From: Candidatus Omnitrophota bacterium
GTDB lineage: Bacteria; Hinthialibacterota; Hinthialibacteria; Hinthialibacterales; Hinthialibacteraceae
Length of the DNA stretch: 64,000 nucleotides
Assembly: GCA_040755155.1 (NCBI GenBank)
Contig: JBFMBP010000029.1
Coordinates: 8,066 to 72,065, forward strand
Direction: 5' to 3'
Shown here: positions 17,590 to 26,766 of the stretch, one piece after another
Numbering within the stretch: the first letter of the stretch is position 1
Layout of the letters: each line of letters begins with the position of its first letter
The notes under the pieces: generated by a model
Databases searched by the model: none
What the model was told of the DNA's origin: nothing
Seen by the model: only the letters and a program-made list of their open reading frames with translations
Program-made: the position numbers and the translations under genes

Positions 17590-17967
17590 ATGGAATTAGC
17601 GGTCCCTATGCGAAAGATTCTGGCTGTAATGACGATCGCCAATGAAAACATCGAACCGGACGATTTCGCACGAATACGGAAAATCATCGAGGACTTTACT
17701 GAAACCAGCGTCTCCGACGAGAATATTTTGGAGGATTTCAAAACCGCCATCGTCGATCCCGACGCCGTATTCGCCGAATTGCAAAACCTATCATCCTCTC
17801 TATCCGAACTGGAGAAAGAAACCATGATTCGCGCCGCCGCCTTGTTGGCATTAGAGGACGATAACTTCCAAGAATGGAAAAAAGTGATGCTGGTAAAAAG
17901 CGCGGAAGCGTTGGGATTTACTATGCAGCGATTCGCCGAAATTTTGAGCGATATGGAATTCGAATAG
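17590..17967 (+). CDS. TerB-like / tellurite-resistance-TerB-family small protein
   Basis: 125 aa acidic helical protein with TerB-like pattern. GGAGG RBS. Confidence 0.35.
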   Translation: MELAVPMRKILAVMTIANENIEPDDFARIRKIIEDFTETSVSDENILEDFKTAIVDPDAVFAELQNLSSSLSELEKETMIRAAALLALEDDNFQEWKKVMLVKSAEALGFTMQRFAEILSDMEFE

Positions 17968-17970
17968 GCT

Positions 17971-18909
17971 TTACGTCATTATCGTTCCCGGCGCTTGCTC
18001 TGGAGCAATCATGGAGAGAAAAGCGTTCGTTACTACGCGCAGCAAATAGACGAGGCCGGGATTCAACGCCAAAAAGGCGAAGATCGGCGACAAATCGACG
18101 AAGTCGATTCTCGCCCACGGGAATATCCGCCGGAAGAAATTTAGATAAGGATCTGACATGCCGCGCACGAATTGGATCAACGTGCTGAATTGATCCGCTC
18201 CCACCCATGTCGAAAGCACCGCCAAAAGCAACACGAGCGAATAAGCGGAGATCAAATCGCCGCAAATCGCATAGAGAGTAAAGACGATCGTTCGCTTAAT
18301 CTCATAGTCCCCATAAAGAAAAGAGAGGTTGGTAAAGATCGTCAAGAAAAAGGCGCAGGCAAGAATCGCCGCTGAGCTTAAAAGAAAAAGCGCTGGCAGG
18401 TTTTCCGTCCGGAGGATTTTTTTAGCGAGTTGAAATACGGCGAAAGTCTTCTGTTGAAAACAAGCGTAGCCCGCATTGCCGCCGACGAGGTACAATCCAT
18501 GACGCGAGACCATCATGCTGGCAAAGAGCAACGCGATGAGAATTTCCGCGACGAATACGACGCCCATTGAGAAACTGGCGGCCAGGGCGTTGAAAAGCGG
18601 CAACTGGGCGCCCACTCCATGAACACTCGCCAAGGGAATGCCCGCTGCGCCGAGAATCCAAAGGCACCATCCGCGCAGAACGATAACGACGACAATGGCG
18701 AATAACGGCATTTGATCTTGAATCTTCAAAGAACTCTGCGGGAACAATCGGCGGATGGGCTTAAGAACGCTCTCCGTCAAAGTCACAATCGTAACGAGAA
18801 TCGGACCAAAACCGTAATACCGGTAGGGTTCGATGAAATAGCGGATCAAAAGAACGGCGATCAGCAATTGAAAAAATAGATTTAAAATGGAAAATAGCAT
18901 ATTGGGCAA
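17971..18909 (-). CDS. YggT-family membrane protein (tandem YggT repeats)
   Basis: Two about 90-aa hydrophobic repeats with LIRYFIEP-type YggT motif. Confidence 0.55.
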   Translation of the reverse strand: MPNMLFSILNLFFQLLIAVLLIRYFIEPYRYYGFGPILVTIVTLTESVLKPIRRLFPQSSLKIQDQMPLFAIVVVIVLRGWCLWILGAAGIPLASVHGVGAQLPLFNALAASFSMGVVFVAEILIALLFASMMVSRHGLYLVGGNAGYACFQQKTFAVFQLAKKILRTENLPALFLLSSAAILACAFFLTIFTNLSFLYGDYEIKRTIVFTLYAICGDLISAYSLVLLLAVLSTWVGADQFSTLIQFVRGMSDPYLNFFRRIFPWARIDFVDLSPIFAFLALNPGLVYLLRVVTNAFLSMIAPEQAPGTIMT

Positions 18910-19082
18910 CCGTTAACTCTCGACGCAGCCTCCAAGGGAATGAACTAAAACGTTTTTTTGCGCCATCTCGGCGTTCCGCCAAATTGTTCGCTCCCAAGAT
19001 TTTCCCGGATCGTTAAAAAATCAAGGGAATCCATTTATGGCGTATTATACCGAGTATCGTTTAAAAGCGAATATCCGGCGAT

Positions 19083-20219
19083 ATGGATGGAGATCGGCTC
19101 TTGCGCATAGGAATCGAATGTACGACGCTGACCCGCCCCCGGGCGGGGATTGGATTTTACAATTATCACCTGGTCCGCGAGTTGGCGGCGCTGGATGGCG
19201 AGGACGAATATTACCTGTTTTACAACCGTCCTCTTCCTGAAATGAATCTTCCTCCCCGTTTGCGGCATGTGCTGTCGGGACCGGGCCGCACTCACCTTTG
19301 GGGACAAACGCGGCTCGCCTCTCTCTGCGCTCATTACGGCATCGACGTGCTTCACAGCCCCGGTCAATGTTTGCCTTTAATGTACAACGGCCATTGCGTC
19401 CTGACGGTTCACGACCTCTCCGCCATGCTTTTTCCCCGGCAAAAAGACGCTCGTTCCCGTTTCGTTTGGAATTGCCTGGTCCCAGCGATGGCCCGCAAGG
19501 CGAATCGCATTATCGCCGTATCCGAAAACACGCGGCGCGACGCGATCGATCGGCTGGGAATCGCCGAAGACCGCGTTACCCGCATCTACGAAGCGGCGGC
19601 GCCGGAGTATTATCCCGAACCGGACGCCGAACGATTGGAAGAATTCCGGCGGCGCAAAGGATTGCAGCCAGGGTATATTCTAGCGGTAGGCACGCTGGAG
19701 CCGCGTAAGAATTATTCTTTTCTGTTGCGCCTATTCGCCCGCTGGCTGGAAAAATCCCATCCGGACGCCACGTTGGTTATCGTGGGGAAAAAGGGCTGGC
19801 TCTACGACGAAATCTTTAAAACTTTCGAGTCGCTCTCTATTCAACGCCATGTCCGTTTCGAGGGATACGTCCCCGATCTCGATTTGATGCGCTTATATTA
19901 TTCCGCCGCCCAATTTTCCATTCTCAATCCCATCTACGAAGGCTTCTGGCTTCCGGGCTTGGAATCGCTGGCTTGCGGAACTCCCGTCATCGCGCCTAAG
20001 CATTCGTCGATTCCCGAAGTCGTCGGCGAAGCGGGGATTCTGATCGAAACCGGCGATGAGGAAGAATGGCTGGCCGCTATGGACCGCTTATGGATGGCTT
20101 CGGATCGTCAGGAATGGGCGCAACGAGGCATAAGGCAGGCGAAGCGATTCTCCTGGCGCCGCGCCGCCAAGAGAACGCTGAACGTTTACCGTTCTCTATA
20201 TAAAGCCGGTAAATATTAA
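19083..20219 (+). CDS. Glycosyltransferase family 4
   Basis: GT-B C-terminal motif EGFWLPGLESLACGTPVIA. Confidence 0.8.
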   Translation: MDGDRLLRIGIECTTLTRPRAGIGFYNYHLVRELAALDGEDEYYLFYNRPLPEMNLPPRLRHVLSGPGRTHLWGQTRLASLCAHYGIDVLHSPGQCLPLMYNGHCVLTVHDLSAMLFPRQKDARSRFVWNCLVPAMARKANRIIAVSENTRRDAIDRLGIAEDRVTRIYEAAAPEYYPEPDAERLEEFRRRKGLQPGYILAVGTLEPRKNYSFLLRLFARWLEKSHPDATLVIVGKKGWLYDEIFKTFESLSIQRHVRFEGYVPDLDLMRLYYSAAQFSILNPIYEGFWLPGLESLACGTPVIAPKHSSIPEVVGEAGILIETGDEEEWLAAMDRLWMASDRQEWAQRGIRQAKRFSWRRAAKRTLNVYRSLYKAGKY

Positions 20220-21299
20220 ATGAAAGCCGTCTTCATCGAACCTTCCGGGGCGGGAGGCATCGCTCATTACACTCAATGCCTGGCGGGAGCGTTGGGCGCG
20301 CATGACATACCATGCGAAATCCTGACCAGCCGCCGTTGGATCAGCTGTTCGCCGCTGCCCAACGCCGCCGTTCATAAAATCTTCCGAGGGATGCGTACGA
20401 ATCCATTGGAATTTTATCGCCATGCGCTGCGTCTGCGGCGGGATGCCTCTCTCATCCATTGGCAATGCGCCGCTCGCCCGGCCATTCTGCTTTGGATCAT
20501 GCGCTTATTTCCATTAAAACGCATTCCTTGGATATATACAGTTCATAATATCCTGCCGCATGAGCGCCGTTCTTCTTCCCAAGCGCTGTTCGAAAAAATC
20601 TATCGCCGCATGGACGGACTCATCTTTCATACGCAGCATACTCAAAGAGAATTTCAGAGAATTTTCCCCAACGTCGCCGCCGCCAGCGCCGTCATTCCGC
20701 ATGGCGAATACGGCTTTTTAACTTCGGAGACGGCGGCCTCATCTCCCGTTGAGGAAAACGCATTGCTGTTCTTTGGTAATATCCGTCCCTATAAAGGCCT
20801 CGATATCCTGTTGAACGCTCTGGTGGATGTGAAGAAAATCATTCCCGGCGTTAAATTGCTCATCGCCGGACAAGCGCTGGAACCGTTCGATCGCTACGAG
20901 AAAATCATCGCCCGCCATGGATTGAATGAGGTTGTAGAAAAACGGTTGGAATATATCCCCGACGAAGAGATCGCCGGGTTGATCGCCTCCTCCGCCATCG
21001 TAGTTCTTCCCTACCGGGAGATCGACCAAAGCGGAGTGCTATTGTTGGCGATGGCTTCCGGCAAACCCGTCGTCGCCTCGCGCATCGGCGGCATTCCGGA
21101 AGCGATCCAAGACGGCGAAACGGGCGTTTTAGTTCCGCCGGAAGACGCAAAATCTCTGGCGCAAGCGATTGTGAACTTACTGCAAAATCCCTCGAAAAGG
21201 GCGGCGATGGGAGCGGCGGCGCGCCAAGACGTTCTTGACCGGTTTTCCTGGAATCGCATCGCGGAACAGACGATCCAATTTTATGAAACGTTAATGTAA
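20220..21299 (+). CDS. Glycosyltransferase family 4
   Basis: PYREIDQSGVLLLAMASGKPVVASRIGGIPE GT4 motif. Start abuts the previous stop. Confidence 0.8.
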   Translation: MKAVFIEPSGAGGIAHYTQCLAGALGAHDIPCEILTSRRWISCSPLPNAAVHKIFRGMRTNPLEFYRHALRLRRDASLIHWQCAARPAILLWIMRLFPLKRIPWIYTVHNILPHERRSSSQALFEKIYRRMDGLIFHTQHTQREFQRIFPNVAAASAVIPHGEYGFLTSETAASSPVEENALLFFGNIRPYKGLDILLNALVDVKKIIPGVKLLIAGQALEPFDRYEKIIARHGLNEVVEKRLEYIPDEEIAGLIASSAIVVLPYREIDQSGVLLLAMASGKPVVASRIGGIPEAIQDGETGVLVPPEDAKSLAQAIVNLLQNPSKRAAMGAAARQDVLDRFSWNRIAEQTIQFYETLM

Positions 21300-21317
21300 A
21301 GGCGCTTGCAAAAATCC

Positions 21318-21412
21318 TTTATTCCTCCCCCAAGTTTGGGGGAGGCAAGGAGGGGGTTGTTTTAAGTCTAATAATATCAACCCCCCTCTAACTCCCCTCA
21401 AGCTTGGGGGGA
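21318..21412. repeat. Three-hairpin G/C-rich element (family B, copy 2)
   Basis: CCTCCCCC-AAGTTT-GGGGGAGG; GAGGGGGTT-loop(GTTTTAAGTCTAATAATATCAA)-AACCCCCCTC; CTCCCCTC-AAGCTT-GGGGGGAG. The central loop matches copy 1 while the stems differ. Confidence 0.6.
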
Positions 21413-21451
21413 GAATGCAAAGGCAGTCTTTATCAATTATACAAGAGCTTC

Positions 21452-23689
21452 ATGAAGAAAATGAAAAAGACGCTGCGATTGATCGAACGGATGCGATTTA
21501 TTCTCCTTGGCGCATTGCTGCTCATTACGCCTTTGATGATCGATTCCCATATTCTTCTCGGTTCGGGTCCGGAAACGAAATTCCGCTTTTTCGAATTCGG
21601 CGTTTTCTTAGGATGCTTATTTACCTTGCCGTTTTTTATATGCCGCCGTTCGCCAATCCGCTTGAATCTGCTTTCCATCGCTCTTTTATTGTTTTTGATC
21701 TATGTTTTAGTCCTCGCCATCTTTGACGTTCAGCGCGCCTATGCGTTCGATTACGCTTTACGTACCGTCTGCTGGATACTCTTCGCTTTTCTGGCGTCGG
21801 ACGTCTCCCGCGAGGATTCGTCGTTCCATCGCCTGGTTTGGATCGCCGTTATTGTCCAAATCGCGGTCGTCCTCTACGCCATAAGCCATATCTACGATTT
21901 GGATCCTTATTTCAATCGAATATTAGTCGGCCACGAATGGCGTTACAGCAATCCATTAGTCAACCAAGAACGCGGCGTGATCTGGGCTTTGGGCAATCCC
22001 AACTACTACGCTTGTTTTGGTTCGCTGCTATTAATCTCCATCGCAGCCATGCTCGCCCTCGCCCGCCGCTGGCGCGAGCGCCTATTCTGGACGTTTTATG
22101 GCGCCATCGTATTGTATTCACTGCTCTACACGCAAACCCGCGGGATTTGGGTCAGCCTCTTTTCCGCCCTCTTCTTTCTTGCGATCCTGATTTTATTCTT
22201 TTCGAAAACCATCCGCCAAGACGCGTTTTCGTTTATCAAGAGCCGCCGCCGTTCTCTTGCCGCTGGCGCATTGGCGATTTTTCTCCTGCTCGCCGGTCTC
22301 TATCTCTACGAAACTCGGCAAGGGCGCGGATTGTTGCATTCTCTGAGCAAGCGTTTTCAACAATTGGCCGCCTTCCAGGACATCAGTTTGCGCGCCCGTC
22401 CCCTCCTATGGTCCGCCGCCATGCAAATGTGGCGCGAGGCTCCTATATCGGGCGCGGGGCATGGGCGATACACCCCCCGTTTTCTGGAAACGGTTTACGG
22501 GATGGCGCAGCAAATCGAACCGGAGCGCATCCAACAACTCACCCGGCACATGAACAGCATCCTCGCCAACGAAACGCATAACGATTACTTGCAATATCTA
22601 TCCGAGATCGGCGGCGCGGGTTATGCGCTCTTTTTGCTCGTTCTGGCCGCCTGCATTGCCTCCGCGCTGCGCTCGTTAATTGGCGGAAATCTCGCCTCCT
22701 CGGAGCGCATCTTGCTGCTTGCCTGTTTGATGATAGTACTTCATACGATATTTCATTGCCTCTATGATTTTCCCTTGCGCCTGCCGGGCAGCGCCATGTT
22801 GTTCGGTTTAGCTATCGGCGGTATTCTGCATTTCAATAGCGGCGGCTTCGCTCTATCGCTTCCCGCATGGTTCCGTTGGCTCGCCGCTTCCGTCATGCTT
22901 CCTTTATGCCTATTAGGAGGCGTCTTCGTCTTTCAACATTACCTCTCCACGCATCTTCAATTCAAAGGGGAAAGCCATTTCGGCGACGCTATAAAGAAAT
23001 TCGGCGGCGATTACGAACGCCAGTTATTGAATCTTCAACTTTCCCAAGCGAAATTATCCCAAGCCTACGCCTTGTTTCCCGGCAAAGGCGAAATTCTATT
23101 CGATCAAGGCAAGGTTTATTATTTTCTTGCCGGTTATATGGGCGCAGATTATCAAAGGCGGGCGATCGATTGCCTCGAACAAGCCAAAGATACTTACGCG
23201 CCGCCGGAAGTCTACCAAATGCTGGCGAACGTCTATCTCAACGCCATGCAGTATCCCAACGCGCGCCGCTATTTGGACATCCTGCTGCTCGTCGATCCGG
23301 AACGGGAAAACATCCAGTTTCTCGCCGCCAATATCTGCATGGCGGAAAACAAATGGGACGAAGCGGAACGGCGCTTGCAAGAGGAATTGCGGCATCATCC
23401 CAGCAATCCTAATGCGTTATTTCTCTTGGGTGTTGTTTACGAAAAGAGAGACTTATACGAGATGACGGCTCAAATGTATGAAAAAAGCCTGGAGTTGGCG
23501 CCCAACGCCGTAGAAACGCTGGAACGGTTGGCGGATCTTTACGCGGAAAAATTGAAACAATCCGAACGAGCCTTTTCCCTTTACGGAAAAGCGATCAATA
23601 GCGCTATACAAGGAAAAAATCAAATCCTTCAGGATCGATTAAGAAGAAAAATCCGCGATCTGCAACGCTCGCAGAATATGGACCAATAA
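21452..23689 (+). CDS. O-antigen ligase (Wzy_C) family membrane protein with C-terminal TPR repeats
   Basis: About 10 TM helices plus NETHNDYLQYLSEIGGAGYALFL Wzy_C motif, then TPR-like repeats. Start chosen downstream of the hairpin element; the track start is 21404. Confidence 0.65.
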   Translation: MKKMKKTLRLIERMRFILLGALLLITPLMIDSHILLGSGPETKFRFFEFGVFLGCLFTLPFFICRRSPIRLNLLSIALLLFLIYVLVLAIFDVQRAYAFDYALRTVCWILFAFLASDVSREDSSFHRLVWIAVIVQIAVVLYAISHIYDLDPYFNRILVGHEWRYSNPLVNQERGVIWALGNPNYYACFGSLLLISIAAMLALARRWRERLFWTFYGAIVLYSLLYTQTRGIWVSLFSALFFLAILILFFSKTIRQDAFSFIKSRRRSLAAGALAIFLLLAGLYLYETRQGRGLLHSLSKRFQQLAAFQDISLRARPLLWSAAMQMWREAPISGAGHGRYTPRFLETVYGMAQQIEPERIQQLTRHMNSILANETHNDYLQYLSEIGGAGYALFLLVLAACIASALRSLIGGNLASSERILLLACLMIVLHTIFHCLYDFPLRLPGSAMLFGLAIGGILHFNSGGFALSLPAWFRWLAASVMLPLCLLGGVFVFQHYLSTHLQFKGESHFGDAIKKFGGDYERQLLNLQLSQAKLSQAYALFPGKGEILFDQGKVYYFLAGYMGADYQRRAIDCLEQAKDTYAPPEVYQMLANVYLNAMQYPNARRYLDILLLVDPERENIQFLAANICMAENKWDEAERRLQEELRHHPSNPNALFLLGVVYEKRDLYEMTAQMYEKSLELAPNAVETLERLADLYAEKLKQSERAFSLYGKAINSAIQGKNQILQDRLRRKIRDLQRSQNMDQ

Positions 23690-23691
23690 CG

Positions 23692-24387
23692 ATGAACGAA
23701 AACGCTTGCAACGGCGTCATTCTCGAATGCCGAAACCTTTGTAAAGTCTACCGCACTGGCGATAAATCCTTGGAAGTGCTTCACAACCTGGACATGCAAG
23801 TGCGGGAGAACGAATTTCTGGCTGTTACCGGCGAATCGGGATGCGGTAAATCAACCCTGCTGCATCTTCTCGGCTGCCTGGATCAACCCACGAGCGGAGA
23901 AGTTTACTTTCAAGGCCGAGACGCTGCGAAATTATCCAACGGCGAACGAGACCGCCTTCGCAACCGCTCTTTCGGATTCGTTTTTCAGTTTCATCACTTG
24001 CTGCCGGAATTCACCGCTTTGGAAAACGCCGCACTGCCTGGCATGATCTTCGGCATCCCCGACCGCGAAGTATGGCAGAGAGCGCGGGGACTACTCGCCG
24101 ATTTGCGCATCTCCGAACGCGCCGATCACAAACCAACCCAGCTGTCCGGCGGCGAACAGCAGCGCGCCGCTGTGGCGCGGGCGATGATCAACCAGCCCGC
24201 CATTCTCTTGATGGACGAACCCACAGGCAACCTCGATCCCGCCAGCAGCGCCGAATTGATCGGCCTGATCCGCCAGCAGCAAAAAGAGAAAAATCTAACC
24301 ATCGTCATGGTTACCCACAACCGCGAGATCGCCGCTTCCGCCGATCGACATTTCGAACTACGCCAAGGCCATCTTTTGATACTTTGA
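23692..24387 (+). CDS. ABC transporter ATP-binding protein, LolD/MacB-type (no cognate permease adjacent)
   Basis: GESGCGKST Walker A. LSGGEQQRAAVARA signature. DEPTGNLD Walker B. Confidence 0.8.
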   Translation: MNENACNGVILECRNLCKVYRTGDKSLEVLHNLDMQVRENEFLAVTGESGCGKSTLLHLLGCLDQPTSGEVYFQGRDAAKLSNGERDRLRNRSFGFVFQFHHLLPEFTALENAALPGMIFGIPDREVWQRARGLLADLRISERADHKPTQLSGGEQQRAAVARAMINQPAILLMDEPTGNLDPASSAELIGLIRQQQKEKNLTIVMVTHNREIAASADRHFELRQGHLLIL

Positions 24388-24442
24388 TACTTTGATACTT
24401 TGAGTCTTGGAGTCTTGGAGACTGGGAGACTGGGAGACTTGA
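24376..24442. repeat. Tandem octamer word repeats (TACTTTGA x3, GTCTTGGA x2, GACTGGGA x2)
   Basis: Directly visible tandem units beginning inside the last codons of the ABC gene. G4-capable. Confidence 0.6.
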
Positions 24443-24455
24443 CGGGGTGGCAAGG

Positions 24456-25146
24456 GGAAAGCGCCGATGAAAACTGGCGTAAGGAAGCGGATGAAAGTTC
24501 CGTACAGTGAAGGTGTAGCGAACCACGCTGGCCCCGAGTCATGCGCCGATGGCCGCGAGGCCATAGGCGAAGCGTTGACAGGGGAAAGTGCAGGCCGGGT
24601 ATTGAGCCGCGAAATACTCGCATCCAGGGCGCCGACGAAGTCCCTTGATCGGAAGGCAACACTTGCTTCATCGATAGAGCGAGAGGAAGCAAGGCCCTGC
24701 GCGGTCGAAGACCCCGTGCATGCGCCGAATCTTTACGCGCAGGAATCGGGAGATCTCGCGCACGGCCTCAGAGATGGTGTCGAGGTCCGCGCCAGGAATC
24801 CGAAAGAGTAAGCTGGCGATGAACGTACGCGAGAAGTCGGACAACTTCGTAGTACCTGAGAAGCCCTCGAACAAAGACGACCGATCCAGGAAGTCGGCGG
24901 AGAGAGTGGAGGAAAGGAAGTTGGCCAAAGGCAATTCGGACCAGCAAACCAGGAGCCGGACTCAGGGCCGGGGAAACCTGCGAAGCGCGCTGGAACGAAT
25001 ACGGCAAGTCGCAAAGAAGGATGGGAGTACATCCCTATCCGTCGGAGCGCTTGGGCGTCATGACCTGAGGCAGGAGCCCAGTGCGGTAGTTCCGCACGCT
25101 GGGATCTGTGCGGGGGGTGCCGGGTAACCGGCATCCCTACCGCGAC
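24456..25146 (+). mobile_element. Degenerate group II intron remnant (5'-truncated, RT ORF internally deleted), inserted into a copy of hairpin repeat C
   Basis: Track ORFs 24467-24811 and 24720-25127 carry the ..PYSEGVANHAGPESC.. / MNVREKSDNFVVPEKPSNK..TRSRTQGR.. leader typical of bacterial intron-encoded protein N-termini. 3' end has domain-V-like GAGCCCAGTGCGG-TAGTT-CCGCACGCTGGGATC (2-nt CG bulge) and a domain VI hairpin with GTAA loop, bulged A and terminal AC. Split repeat GGGTGGCAAGG | ... | CAAGGCTTTTTCTGCCCTTGA. No GUGYG 5' end. Confidence 0.55.
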
Positions 25147-25240
25147 CAAGGCTTTTTCTGCCCTTGACTAAATCCCTCATACTTGCGGTTTAAGCGATGC
25201 AGAGCGAAGCATAGCTCACCAAAGGCAACACGAAAACAGG

Positions 25241-25330
25241 GAGACTTGGAAACTTAGAGGACTTGGGAGCAAGTCCCCAAGTCCCCAAATCCCCAAGTCC
25301 CCCTGTTCCATAGTCCCAAAATCAAATCCC
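25241..25330. repeat. G-tract word repeat (AAGTCCCC x3-4 on the top strand, i.e. GGGGACTTGGGGATTTGGGGACTTGGGG on the Gfo/Idh gene strand), overlapping the gene's stop
   Basis: Four G4 tracts with 4-nt loops, a canonical G-quadruplex motif. Related to 6903-6965 and 24376-24442. Confidence 0.55.
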
Positions 25331-26716
25331 TGCTGGACGTTCGATCTTGACTTTCTGTCCCGAAGCGAGGGCTTCTTGTCCGCGGATGCACGCCAGAGCG
25401 GCTAGCGTACCCCGCACGCCGTCGCAGAGGTTCGGCGCACCGGTGCGAATCGTATGGGCAAAGCCTTCGAGTTCCCAACGGTAAGGATCGTAGGGGGAGA
25501 AACTGGCCGATCCGCCGCCGCCCGTCGCCGCTCCGCCCGTATTGTGCGCTTGGAAAGCGGCTCCGGCGGCGTCTTCTTTCGCAATTTCGACCTTAGTCTC
25601 TTGGCCCGCTTTTTTGGATTTGGTCTCATCCCAGCCGCTTTCCCAGAAGAGATAGGTTTCATTTTCGTTGCTGAGAATGATAGTGGCGCGGGTTCCCATG
25701 ATCTGCTCGTAGTAGTTGTCGAAACGGTTGCTTTGAATGGCGGAATACGTAACCGTTCGTTTGTTGCTATACTCGTAAATGGCATAGATGTGATCGTCTA
25801 CGTCGCGGTCGTCCACCGTATAGCCGCGATGCTCCGCCCGTTTGGCTTCGTCGCCGATGGAGGTGTAATCCGGTAGCATATCCTGATCCAACTGCGATTT
25901 GCATTTGCCGCCGGAAGCCTGGACGGCTATGGGAGCCTCGTCGCCGAAGAACCAGTTGGTAATAGCGAGTTGATGGCTGGCCAATTCCGTCCACATTCCG
26001 CGAGATACGGGAGAATACCAGCGCCAGTTGACAAGCTGCTGGATGTCTTTATATCCGTATTTCGTAGGATCCATAGCTAAAAGTTCTTGTTTCAAATCGG
26101 GATTGACGTGAATCCAATAGTTCCAGTCCGTATTGCGATGCCACAATCCGCGAATGTGATATACGTTGCCCAATAAGCCTTCAGCGAACATGCGGTAGGC
26201 GTCCCAATATAACGGATTGTAAAAGCGTTGATGGCCTACTTGCAGATTGAGATTCTTCTCGCGGGCGATTTGAACCGCTTTCGCGCATTCCTCGACTTCG
26301 AACGCCATTGTCTTCTCCGTGAAGACGTGCTTTCCGGCTTCCAAGGCTCTGATCGCCATCGGCCCGTGATATTTCAAAGGCGAAGCGATCAAAATGGCTT
26401 CCACTTCAGTATCCTCGAGCATCTGATCGTAGGATTCGTAAGCTTTGGGATTGGGGGAATGGCCGGATTGCTTAATAGCATCCAGCCCCAGTTTCATATT
26501 GTCGGGGCGGATGTCGTATGAACCGATCAAATACATATATTTCGGCGTGGAGTTGGTGATGAGAACGCGGCCTTCCATGCCGGTTCCGATAATGGCGGCT
26601 TTGACCGGTCCCGCATTAGTGGCGGTATAAGCGAAACCCGCGAGAGGAGGCAGCGTAGCAACCGCCTTGAGAAAATTACGTCTGCCGATAAATTTCTGTT
26701 CTTCTGTTAACTGCAT
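25322..26716 (-). CDS. Gfo/Idh/MocA family oxidoreductase with Tat signal
   Basis: FIGRRNFLKAVATLPPLAG Tat motif. AAIIGTGMEG Rossmann motif. Start taken at MQLTEE (AAAGGA RBS); the track start is 26734. Confidence 0.8.
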   Translation of the reverse strand: MQLTEEQKFIGRRNFLKAVATLPPLAGFAYTATNAGPVKAAIIGTGMEGRVLITNSTPKYMYLIGSYDIRPDNMKLGLDAIKQSGHSPNPKAYESYDQMLEDTEVEAILIASPLKYHGPMAIRALEAGKHVFTEKTMAFEVEECAKAVQIAREKNLNLQVGHQRFYNPLYWDAYRMFAEGLLGNVYHIRGLWHRNTDWNYWIHVNPDLKQELLAMDPTKYGYKDIQQLVNWRWYSPVSRGMWTELASHQLAITNWFFGDEAPIAVQASGGKCKSQLDQDMLPDYTSIGDEAKRAEHRGYTVDDRDVDDHIYAIYEYSNKRTVTYSAIQSNRFDNYYEQIMGTRATIILSNENETYLFWESGWDETKSKKAGQETKVEIAKEDAAGAAFQAHNTGGAATGGGGSASFSPYDPYRWELEGFAHTIRTGAPNLCDGVRGTLAALACIRGQEALASGQKVKIERPAGI

Positions 26717-26766
26717 GATTCGATCCTTTCCCAATATATTTTCTAGGGTTAATTATTTTCTGTTTT

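Noticed and set aside
16424-17599. Possible CRISPR array suggested by regularly recurring about 78-bp repeats (GTCATTTCGAGCGA...)
   Set aside because: Repeat units are themselves long perfect palindromes, spacing is irregular, and half-units are present. The intervening sequence is a GIY-YIG gene rather than unique short spacers. There is no cas gene. This is a palindromic mobile or REP-like family, not CRISPR. ORFs 16424-16777, 17056-17274 and 17075-17599 are translations of the repeats.
24467-25127. Two overlapping plus-strand ORFs (114 and 135 aa) in the convergent intergenic region
   Set aside because: Not annotated as genes. Their peptides are the known in-frame translation of group II intron RNA domains plus the IEP leader. 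The RT domain is missing, so they are reported as part of the intron relic instead.
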